This document shows positions 8,144-15,606 of a stretch of 32,000 nucleotides of DNA, piece after piece. Source of the DNA: Erysipelotrichaceae bacterium (GTDB lineage Bacteria > Bacillota_I > Bacilli_A > Erysipelotrichales > Coprobacillaceae); NCBI GenBank assembly GCA_028698185.1, contig JAQVDW010000004.1, forward strand, positions 76,676 through 108,675, given 5' to 3'. The position numbers were made by a program, and so were the translations under genes. How positions within the stretch are numbered: the stretch's first letter is position 1; each line of letters begins with the position of its first letter. The notes beneath the pieces were generated by a model, which was not told the origin of the DNA, made no database searches, and was given only the letters and a program-made list of their open reading frames with translations.

Positions 8144-8791
8144 ATGATTACCAAAGAAATGAAAATCGAAGAAGTAGTGAAGCAAAATCCCGATGCAATC
8201 GATATCTTGAGCGAATGCCAGATCGATTTTTGTTGCGGCGGAAAGCAGGTCCTTAACAACGCGGCAAAAGAGGCGGGTCAGGATCCCGATGAGCTTGTAG
8301 CCAGAATCGCAAGCTACCGGCGGCCCGGCAAGGCTGACGACTGGCGCCAGGTATTGGATTTCAACAGGGAAGAGCTGATCAATTATATCGTGGTCAAGCA
8401 TCATCGCCAGGAAGAATTGCTTATCGAGGAAGTGGAAAGACTGCTTGCCAAGATTCTCTATGTCCATTACCGCTCCCATCAGGACAGCCTCGCCCCGATC
8501 TATCGGACTTTTTTGGAATTAAAGGGGGAACTGACGCCCCATTTCGCCCAGGAAGAGAAGATTGATTTCCCGGCGGCACTTGCAGGTGATCCCATCGATT
8601 GGTCAGGCCTGAAAGATGACCATGAACAGGTGGGCGGGCTATTGAAAAAGCTTCAGGAACTGAGCTCTGATTTCACCCCGCCCGATGATGCCTGCACGAC
8701 CTATCGGCGGGCCTTTGAGAAGCTCCATGAACTTGTTGACGACATCCATCTTCACGTGTTCCTGGAAAATTCCGTCCTGTTTGAAAAATAA
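8144..8791 (+). CDS. scdA: Iron-sulfur cluster repair di-iron protein (ScdA/YtfE/RIC family: DUF542 plus hemerythrin-like domain)
   Basis: The N-terminus, ...V.QNPDAIDILSECQIDFCCGG, carries the ScdA_N signature. The C-terminus carries hemerythrin-type H/E motifs (VVKHHRQEE, HFAQEE, HVFLEN). Start chosen at 8144, after AGAGGTGG. Confidence 0.85.
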   Translation: MITKEMKIEEVVKQNPDAIDILSECQIDFCCGGKQVLNNAAKEAGQDPDELVARIASYRRPGKADDWRQVLDFNREELINYIVVKHHRQEELLIEEVERLLAKILYVHYRSHQDSLAPIYRTFLELKGELTPHFAQEEKIDFPAALAGDPIDWSGLKDDHEQVGGLLKKLQELSSDFTPPDDACTTYRRAFEKLHELVDDIHLHVFLENSVLFEK

Positions 8792-8803
8792 CCATTATCG
8801 CTT

Positions 8804-8830
8804 AGGAAGGCTTGGTCCTTCCTTTTTTTG
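8804..8830 (+). terminator. Rho-independent terminator
   Basis: AGGAAGG-CTTGGT-CCTTCCT followed by T7. Confidence 0.7.
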
Positions 8831-8860
8831 TTTCATTTCCCAAAAAACCGGGATTATGAT

Positions 8861-8888
8861 TTGGAAAGAATGGCTGATTTGGTATAAT
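8861..8888 (+). promoter_or_regulatory. Promoter with extended -10
   Basis: TTGGAA-16 nt-TATAAT preceded by TGG (TTTGGTATAAT). Confidence 0.55.
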
Positions 8889-8911
8889 TGAAAATAAGGG
8901 GGATAAAATGC

Positions 8912-9565
8912 ATGAAAATCAAAAAAATTACCGCGGCAGTGTTTCTGCTGGGCTGTCTGGGGATTGCGGCCTTTGTTTGGGCAAGTCGAATTGATCTGAT
9001 TCCAAGCAAGGGGTATAGCGATGGGGATTTCCAGATAGCAACTTACCATAGTCCAAATGACCAAGACGGCGACGGGATCGATGACCAGACGGACCTGCTT
9101 AAGGGAGTGAAGGACTACATCGCGACCAAACCCAAATACAAAAGCAAATATTATGCCACCGGATATCCTGATGATGGCTATGGGGTCTGCAGTGATGTGG
9201 TGGCTTTTGGCCTTCTTGGTGCCGGCTACGACCTGCAGGCTCTTGTCGATGGGGACGTCAAAGAAAATCCCGGACTTTATGACATCGACATTCCCGATGC
9301 CAATATCGATTTCCGCCGGGTCCGCAATCTCCAGGTCTACTTCGACCACAACGCCATTACCCTGACCACCGATCTTGGAAGGATCGACCAGTTCCAGGGG
9401 GGCGACATCGTCATCTTCAAAAACCATATCGGAATCGTATCCGACTTGCGCAACAAGGACGGGATTCCCTTTTTGATCCACCATGCCGGGGTTTTCCAGC
9501 TGCGCTACCAGGAAAATGCCATGGAAAAACAGGGGCCGGTTCTGGGCCATTATCGCATCAGCTAG
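8912..9565 (+). CDS. DUF1287 family protein, probable lipoprotein
   Basis: The signal peptide has a lipobox-like FLLGC. DUF1287-like core: GVCSDVV...NIDFRRVRNL...GGDIVIF.NHIGIVSD....GIPFLIHH...GHYRI. Start chosen at 8912, after AAGGGGG. Confidence 0.8.
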   Translation: MKIKKITAAVFLLGCLGIAAFVWASRIDLIPSKGYSDGDFQIATYHSPNDQDGDGIDDQTDLLKGVKDYIATKPKYKSKYYATGYPDDGYGVCSDVVAFGLLGAGYDLQALVDGDVKENPGLYDIDIPDANIDFRRVRNLQVYFDHNAITLTTDLGRIDQFQGGDIVIFKNHIGIVSDLRNKDGIPFLIHHAGVFQLRYQENAMEKQGPVLGHYRIS

Positions 9566-9600
9566 TCTAATTATACTTAAACAGGAAAATGGGGGAAGTC

Positions 9601-11178
9601 ATGAATTTAACAATAAAAGACATCATAGTCCAACTCGAAGAAGACATCATAACCTTAATCGGCGAACCGGACATGAACCGGGCGATCCAGGGAATCAAGC
9701 GGCTGCGGCCAAATCTGGACACTTTGAACAAGGAGATCATCTACCTGGTTAAAGCCGCCGACCTGCCTGATTTTCAAAATGATCTGCTTGATCGCTTGGA
9801 CAAGATTCCTTTGCTTGTGGCGGGTGCTGGCCATGATGAACTTGAAGGAACCCGCACGCTATGTCAACGTCATGATCTGGATGTTGTCTATTGTGGTGAC
9901 AAACTGGATTGCGATGATCTTTCAAACAAAATCCAGGATCTGGTTATGGCCAAACAGGCACTGCTGGCGCGGCCGGCGGCCCTGTTCAACACGATTGTCA
10001 GGGGTCGGGGCGTGCCGTACATTCTCGAAATCGCCGGTGAACTGCTTGAAAATCCGGTCCTTCTAGGCGATGGTAACCACCGTCTGATCGGTTCGTCGAC
10101 TTTCGCACCGCTCGATGATGAAGCCTGGATGGAATACCGGAATACCGGCTTTTGCACCTACGAGTACACCCGAAAGTACAAGTTCGAGGCGTTCATCGAG
10201 GCTTCGGTAAAGGAAAACAAGGCGATCATCGGCGATGTCAACGAACAGTTCAAGTATCGCCGGATCTTCGCCACTGTTGTCGGGGCCAACCGGGTGATCG
10301 GCCATCTCGCAGTCCTTGAATACAACCGGCCCTTCACCGACAAGGACAAGGAAATATGCGAGTTCATCTGTGAGATCATTGCCGGAGAGATGCAGGCCAG
10401 TCAGGCCGGGCTTGTCGCCACCAACCTGATGGCCAACCAGCTGTTCGCCGATCTCCTTAACGGGACGATCCAGGACGAAGACCTATTGGAAAAACGGCTG
10501 GCCGGTTTGAGATGGCGGTTGCCGGATACCAAATATCTCCTGAGTGTCCCCCTTGACCGTTTTTCTGACAGCTTTGCGATGATAGCCTATCTCAAGGATA
10601 CCCTGGAACACCGCTTGGATTTTCTGGAGACCATCGTGATGGCCGGCAATCTTATTGTCCTTTTGGGCGTTTCCAAGTCGCGCGGATTCAATACGTCCAA
10701 GTTCCAGGATCTTGTTCCTTATCTTCAGGAGCAAAGGCTCAAGGCCGGTGTCTCGCATCCCTTTGAAAACATGATTGATTTCGCCAAGGCCCATAAACAG
10801 GCCCAGACCGCCTTGAATATGGGCGCCGTTGCCGAAGATCTTCCCGGTCTTTTTTTATACCAGGACTGCGCTGTCGACGACCTGCTTGCTTTAAGTCAAG
10901 CCAATCTCAATCTCGATGACTACTGCCATCCGGCTTTGAAGAGACTTTTAGAATATGACCGGGATCACAACACCGACTTGCTCGGCAATCTTTATGTCTA
11001 TGTCTGCAATATGGGAAACCTGCTTCATTCGGCCAACGAGCTGTTCATCCACCGGAACACCCTGTCTTACCGGCTCAACAAGATCTGCGAGATCACCGGC
11101 TGCGACGTTCATGACCAGAGCCATTTCATCAGTCTTTTTGTATCCTACAAGATATTGAAACTGACAGCCTCGAATTGA
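9601..11178 (+). CDS. PucR/CdaR family transcriptional regulator
   Basis: C-terminal PucR-type HTH: LLHSANELFIHRNTLSYRLNKICEITGCDV. Start chosen at 9601, after GGGGGAAG. Confidence 0.8.
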   Translation: MNLTIKDIIVQLEEDIITLIGEPDMNRAIQGIKRLRPNLDTLNKEIIYLVKAADLPDFQNDLLDRLDKIPLLVAGAGHDELEGTRTLCQRHDLDVVYCGDKLDCDDLSNKIQDLVMAKQALLARPAALFNTIVRGRGVPYILEIAGELLENPVLLGDGNHRLIGSSTFAPLDDEAWMEYRNTGFCTYEYTRKYKFEAFIEASVKENKAIIGDVNEQFKYRRIFATVVGANRVIGHLAVLEYNRPFTDKDKEICEFICEIIAGEMQASQAGLVATNLMANQLFADLLNGTIQDEDLLEKRLAGLRWRLPDTKYLLSVPLDRFSDSFAMIAYLKDTLEHRLDFLETIVMAGNLIVLLGVSKSRGFNTSKFQDLVPYLQEQRLKAGVSHPFENMIDFAKAHKQAQTALNMGAVAEDLPGLFLYQDCAVDDLLALSQANLNLDDYCHPALKRLLEYDRDHNTDLLGNLYVYVCNMGNLLHSANELFIHRNTLSYRLNKICEITGCDVHDQSHFISLFVSYKILKLTASN

Positions 11179-11304
11179 GCGCCCTTTTGTGCTAATCTGC
11201 CAGGTTTGCCGACTTTTTTCTAACTCCCTGACCAATGAATGAAAGCCCTTGAATATGGTATCATTAATATGTTAATAAATTAACAAGGATACAGGAGGCA
11301 GAAA

Positions 11305-13242
11305 ATGAATTACGATATTTTAAAAACACCATTCAAAATCGGCAAAATGACAGTCAAGAACCGGATTGCCATGGCTCCGATGGGACTGAACTCAGGTCAT
11401 ATCGACGGTACCATCGCCGATGACGAGATCGACTATTTCGAGGAACGCGCCAGAGGCGGAACGGGGCTTATCATCATGGGGTGCCAGTTTTTAACTCAGG
11501 AGCTGGCCCAAGGTTCGATGGAAGGTTACCTGGACAACACCTATGTCATCCCCCAATTGACGACGCTGGTTGAAGCGGTGCACCGTTATGATGCGAAGAT
11601 CTGCGCCCAGCTAAGCTGCGGGACCGGGAAAAACGCTTTCGCCAACATGCTCAAGGACGGCCGTCCGGTATCGGCGTCAGCGATCCCTTCGATGTTCAAT
11701 CCCGATTTGCTTTGCAGGGCATTAAGCGTCGAGGAAATCAAGAAGATCATGGACGAGTTCACCTTCTCGGCCAAATTGCTCAAGGATGCCGGCTTCGATG
11801 CGATTGAAGTCCATGCCCATGCCGGGTATCTTGTCGACCAGTTCATGTCGGCGGTATGGAACAAGCGCGAGGATGAATACGGCGGATCGCCGGAAAACCG
11901 GATGCGCTTCGCTACCGATATCGTAGCGGCTATCCGCAAGGCGGTCGGCCCGGACATGCCAATCATTTTCAGGATGGCTGTCAAACATAATTTCGAAGGG
12001 GGCCGGACCCTGGAAGAAACGATCCCGCTGATGCGGGTGCTTGAAAAAGCCGGAGTCGATGCATTGGATATCGACAGCGGCAGCTATGAAAACATCGATT
12101 ATATCTTTCCGCCGGCATATTTGGGCGATGCCTGCATGGCTGATGTCTGTGATACGGCCCGCAAGGCGGTAAGCATCCCTTTGCTTAATGCCGGTAACCA
12201 TACGCCCGAAACAGCGGTGGAACTTATTGAAAACAACAAGGCCGATTTCGTCCTTTTCGGGCGGCCGTTGATTGCCGAACCGGAAATGGCCAAGAAGCTG
12301 TTCAGTGACCGGCGCGACGAGGTGCGTCCATGTATCCGCTGCAACGATGACTGCATCGGCCGGATACTGACCCGTCTGACCAAGATAAGCTGTTCGGTTA
12401 ATCCAAGCACCGGATTCGAACGCCGCTTCAAGTTGGAAAAATCATCTAATCCCAAAAAGGTTGTCGTTATCGGCGGCGGTCCTGGGGGAATGGAGGCGGC
12501 AAGAACCGCAGCCTTGATGGGTCACACTGTCGAATTGTTCGAAAAAGAAGCCGGACTGGGCGGGCAGTTGCGCTCTGCAGCCACTCCGCCATTCAAAAGC
12601 CAGCTTCGGGCACTTGTTACCTGGTACCAACGCCAGCTGGAAATTACCGGGGTCAAAGTCAATCTAAACAGCGCAATCGGTGTTGACGATGCTGTTTTGG
12701 AAAGTGCCGATGCCATCATTGTGGCGACCGGGGCCATTCCTTGCGAACCGAACATCAAAGGGATCGAAAAGACCGTCAACATCCTTGATGCCCATCTTGA
12801 TGAATCGAAGCTTCAAGGCGACAAGATCATCTACTGCGGCGGGGGTCTTTCTGCTTGCGACAGCGCCTTGGAAACCGCAATGAAAGGCACACAGGTGGCA
12901 GTTGTCGAAATGCTTGGTGAAGTCGCGATTCAGGACCATTTCATAAACAAGGCCTCACTGATTCCGATGATGTTGAACAACGGAGTCAAGCTGTACACCA
13001 GCCATAAGGTGACCGAGATCCTTGATGATGGTATCAAGGCCATCGATGGCCAAGGCAATGAGGTATTCATCGCCGGAACAAGCGTTGTCAGCGCCTTTGG
13101 AATGAAGGCCAATACTGCGGTTGGACAGGCAATCGATGAGCGTTACCATGAAAAAGTCAAACTGGTCGGCGATTGCGCCCAGGTCGGAAAAGTCGGCGGT
13201 GCCGTGCGAAGCGGAATGTACGCTGCCATGAGTCTCGAATAG
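11305..13242 (+). CDS. Old-yellow-enzyme-family NADH:flavin oxidoreductase fused to an FAD/NAD(P)-binding domain (2-enoate reductase / 2,4-dienoyl-CoA reductase type)
   Basis: N-terminal TIM-barrel OYE motifs: NRIAMAPMG and GFDAIEVHAHAGYLVDQF. An Fe-S Cys cluster, CIRCNDDCIGR, sits between the domains. The C-terminal half carries a Rossmann GxGxxG (VVVIGGGPGGMEAA). Confidence 0.88.
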   Translation: MNYDILKTPFKIGKMTVKNRIAMAPMGLNSGHIDGTIADDEIDYFEERARGGTGLIIMGCQFLTQELAQGSMEGYLDNTYVIPQLTTLVEAVHRYDAKICAQLSCGTGKNAFANMLKDGRPVSASAIPSMFNPDLLCRALSVEEIKKIMDEFTFSAKLLKDAGFDAIEVHAHAGYLVDQFMSAVWNKREDEYGGSPENRMRFATDIVAAIRKAVGPDMPIIFRMAVKHNFEGGRTLEETIPLMRVLEKAGVDALDIDSGSYENIDYIFPPAYLGDACMADVCDTARKAVSIPLLNAGNHTPETAVELIENNKADFVLFGRPLIAEPEMAKKLFSDRRDEVRPCIRCNDDCIGRILTRLTKISCSVNPSTGFERRFKLEKSSNPKKVVVIGGGPGGMEAARTAALMGHTVELFEKEAGLGGQLRSAATPPFKSQLRALVTWYQRQLEITGVKVNLNSAIGVDDAVLESADAIIVATGAIPCEPNIKGIEKTVNILDAHLDESKLQGDKIIYCGGGLSACDSALETAMKGTQVAVVEMLGEVAIQDHFINKASLIPMMLNNGVKLYTSHKVTEILDDGIKAIDGQGNEVFIAGTSVVSAFGMKANTAVGQAIDERYHEKVKLVGDCAQVGKVGGAVRSGMYAAMSLE

Positions 13243-13252
13243 AATGATCGCA

Positions 13253-13292
13253 AAGGCCGCCGGGTTCCATGATTGGAGCCTGGTGGCCTTTT
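13253..13292 (+). terminator. Rho-independent terminator
   Basis: AAGGCCGCCGGGTTCC-N6-GGAGCCTGGTGGCCTT (with G-U pairs) followed by TT. Confidence 0.5.
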
Positions 13293-13330
13293 AACGGAAA
13301 AGAAATCGGATAAAACGGCATTGTTTGAGA

Positions 13331-13359
13331 TATCAAATTCCACCAGATTCTGATATAAT
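13331..13359 (+). promoter_or_regulatory. Extended -10 promoter
   Basis: TGATATAAT with a weak -35 (TATCAA) at 17-nt spacing. Confidence 0.4.
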
Positions 13360-13389
13360 TAGCCATATAGGAATTACGAGGTGACCACT

Positions 13390-13893
13390 ATGATAGAGTT
13401 GATAAGCATCGACCAGAAGGATGACGTTCTAGAGAAGATAAATGCCCTGTACCAGTCATCTTTTCCCAGCATCCAAAGAGTACCTTTCGAGTATCTGGTC
13501 ATGTCCTCGCATCAACGCGACATCCTTGGGATCTACCAGGACGGCAGGTTTTGCGGCTTCATTTCCATGATCACATTTGGCGATCTGACCTATGTTGCCT
13601 ACTTTGCGATCGACAAGACCATCCAGGGCCGGGGCCTTGGCTCGAAGGTGTTGAGCCTGATTGAAAACTACAAACCTGGCAACAAAATCATTCTTGACGT
13701 CGAGGCCATCAATGAACAGGCTCCCAACAACCCCCATCGGATCCGGAGGAAACTGTTTTATTTGAACAACGGCTTCAATGAGACGGGGATCAGGTATTTC
13801 TGGAACAACGAGGAATACGAGACACTCGTGAAAAACGGGTCGATAACAAAGCAGGAATTCGATGATTTCTGGCACAGTATCTCCCATAATTGA
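13390..13893 (+). CDS. GNAT family N-acetyltransferase
   Basis: YFAIDKTIQGRGLGSKVL is motif A, with ...FYLNNGF downstream. ATG at 13390 with GAGGTG 7 nt upstream; the GTG at 13381 is the alternative start. Confidence 0.78.
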   Translation: MIELISIDQKDDVLEKINALYQSSFPSIQRVPFEYLVMSSHQRDILGIYQDGRFCGFISMITFGDLTYVAYFAIDKTIQGRGLGSKVLSLIENYKPGNKIILDVEAINEQAPNNPHRIRRKLFYLNNGFNETGIRYFWNNEEYETLVKNGSITKQEFDDFWHSISHN

Positions 13894-13913
13894 TCAAGCA
13901 ATGACTAACAGCT

Positions 13914-13943
13914 AAAAAGGATGTCTGAAATGACATCCTTTTG
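13914..13943. terminator. Bidirectional rho-independent terminator between convergent genes
   Basis: AAAAAGGATGTC-TGAAAT-GACATCCTTTT is flanked by an A-run on one side and a T-run on the other. Confidence 0.7.
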
Positions 13944-13947
13944 CGCG

Positions 13948-14532
13948 TTAATTTTCAAGCTGGGTTTTGACGTAGCCATCATAACCGCCAAAAATCAAAG
14001 TGATGGCCTGGGCGGTTATCTCCTCGAGGGAAAGCTGCTTGTTTTCCTTGACCCACTGACGGTATATTTCCAGCGTCGCTCCGACCAGATAGGCACTCAC
14101 GATTCCCTGGGATTTTTCCGGGATGGCGGAGATTTTGGTTTTGTAGCTGGTATTATGGTCGATCGACCGGGCAAACATCACCGTGCAGTAATCGCGGTAG
14201 GAGCTGTCGCAAATGATCTTTTCCACGTAAGGCTCCTGGCTAGAGAAATAATCGAAAAAGATGCGGGTCTGGTGGCGCAAGTCGACCAGGGCGAGCTGCT
14301 CATCGATCTGGTCGATGAAGCCTTTGATGATCTGGGCCAATGTATGGTCGTACAGGTCCTCGATTGAGGCGTAGTGCGAGTAGAACGTCTTCCGGTGGAT
14401 TCCCGCCTTGAGGGTCAGATCCTGAACCGAAATGGCGTTGGCACTGGTCGAGGCAATCATTTCCTTGAAGGCATCGTCGATTGCCGCCCTTGTGTTCAAG
14501 ATTCTTTTGTTTGTTTTCGCCTTGGTTTCCAT
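13948..14532 (-). CDS. TetR/AcrR family transcriptional regulator
   Basis: The N-terminal HTH, ...AISVQDLTLKAGIHRKTFYSHY, fits the TetR_N signature. Confidence 0.88.
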   Translation of the reverse strand: METKAKTNKRILNTRAAIDDAFKEMIASTSANAISVQDLTLKAGIHRKTFYSHYASIEDLYDHTLAQIIKGFIDQIDEQLALVDLRHQTRIFFDYFSSQEPYVEKIICDSSYRDYCTVMFARSIDHNTSYKTKISAIPEKSQGIVSAYLVGATLEIYRQWVKENKQLSLEEITAQAITLIFGGYDGYVKTQLEN

Positions 14533-14583
14533 ATTGTTCCGCTCCTTTTTTTCTATCTATGTGTAACGATGTAATAGCTTAAA

Positions 14584-14612
14584 ATTATAATACAAATATG
14601 AATAATAAGCAA
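14584..14612 (-). promoter_or_regulatory. Promoter of the TetR gene
   Basis: The minus strand reads TTGCTT-17 nt-TATAAT. An ACATATGT palindrome lies immediately upstream (14612..14619). Confidence 0.55.
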
Positions 14613-14765
14613 CATATGTAACTGGATTTTTACGAAAATCTGATATTTGCTGGATAGATGGCCCTCGGGTAAAAAATAGGTTCTGGTTTCAGATTAAAAC
14701 GGACCGATCGGAATTTTTTCATCATTCCGGCAACAATCAGGAAGACAAGCATGCAAAAAAGGACC

Positions 14766-15596
14766 TCAGTCCTTCTTTAGCTTGTGGAAAATGGGCTTCA
14801 TCGACTCGTAGGTGCAATATGATTCGAAGCCCAAACGGGCAAGTTCGGCGCGGGTCTGGTCAATGGCAAAACCGAGATGGCTTTTATTGTGGGAGTCGGA
14901 GCCGATAGTGATGATCTTTCCGCCAAGTTCCCGGTAAAGCCTGAGGATGTCCCTTGATGGGGTCAGGTCGTCGAGGCCGTAACGTTTCGATGAAGTGTTG
15001 ATCTCGATCCCTTTGCCGTCTTCTATAACGACCTCCAGGATTTTTTTGATGATGCCCTCGATGCTCGCGAAGGGCACCTTGCCTTCGCTGTAGCGGACGA
15101 TCATGTCGAGATGGCCTAAAACGCTGTAGTTCTTGAAGCTGCTGACCACTTCAAGGAGCTCCTGGTAGTAGGCGAAGGTGTATTCTTCAAGGCTCTTGTC
15201 CTTCTGGAAGGCATAGTCCCAGAATTCCTTATCGCCAACCTGGTGGATCGACAGGATGACAAAATCCATTTCGTAGCTCTGGTAAAGCTTTTCGAAATCG
15301 TTGATGGTGTGGGTCTGGATGCCAAATTCCAACCCTTTTTTGATTGTGATCATATCCCGGTATTTTTCCTTCAAAATGGCGATTTCCCTGAAGTAGGCGG
15401 GGTAATCGACATTCATGACCGGATTTTCATGATTGTCTTTGACATTGGCATCATGATCGATTTTGACGCCGTAGTCGACATGGTCGGTAAAACAGATTTC
15501 CTCGAGACCAAGCTCCAAGGCATCAATGATGACATCTTCCATCTCGTGGCTCGAGTCATCGGAATAACTGGTGTGGATGTGGTAGTCGCAGCGCAT
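14766..15596 (-). CDS. PHP-domain phosphoesterase (histidinol-phosphatase HisJ family)
   Basis: MRCDYHIHTSYSDDS...CFTDHVDYG...SIHQV...LGHLD...GSDSH are PHP metal-ligand motifs. The RBS AAGGAGG overlaps the stop codon of the upstream gene. Confidence 0.85.
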   Translation of the reverse strand: MRCDYHIHTSYSDDSSHEMEDVIIDALELGLEEICFTDHVDYGVKIDHDANVKDNHENPVMNVDYPAYFREIAILKEKYRDMITIKKGLEFGIQTHTINDFEKLYQSYEMDFVILSIHQVGDKEFWDYAFQKDKSLEEYTFAYYQELLEVVSSFKNYSVLGHLDMIVRYSEGKVPFASIEGIIKKILEVVIEDGKGIEINTSSKRYGLDDLTPSRDILRLYRELGGKIITIGSDSHNKSHLGFAIDQTRAELARLGFESYCTYESMKPIFHKLKKD

Positions 15597-15606
15597 TTTT
15601 TCCTCC

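Noticed and set aside
8795-9550. A 251-aa ORF on the minus strand opposite the DUF1287 gene.
   Set aside because: This is a shadow ORF. The plus-strand frame carries unmistakable DUF1287-type motifs, a signal peptide with a lipobox, an RBS and a promoter. The antisense frame has no RBS and has a low-complexity, atypical composition.
11305-13242. The possibility that the OYE-family enzyme is a bilirubin reductase (BilR).
   Set aside because: The active-site stretch reads HAHAGYLVDQF, with the canonical enoate-reductase/OYE tyrosine. From memory, BilR-clade enzymes carry an Asp-Arg variant here. No BilS/BilQ-like neighbours are present.
13456-14367. Antisense ORFs opposite the GNAT gene (13456..13887, minus strand) and the TetR gene (13921..14367, plus strand).
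   Set aside because: The opposite strands carry the GNAT motif A and the TetR HTH respectively. The 13921 ORF also starts inside the bidirectional terminator hairpin.
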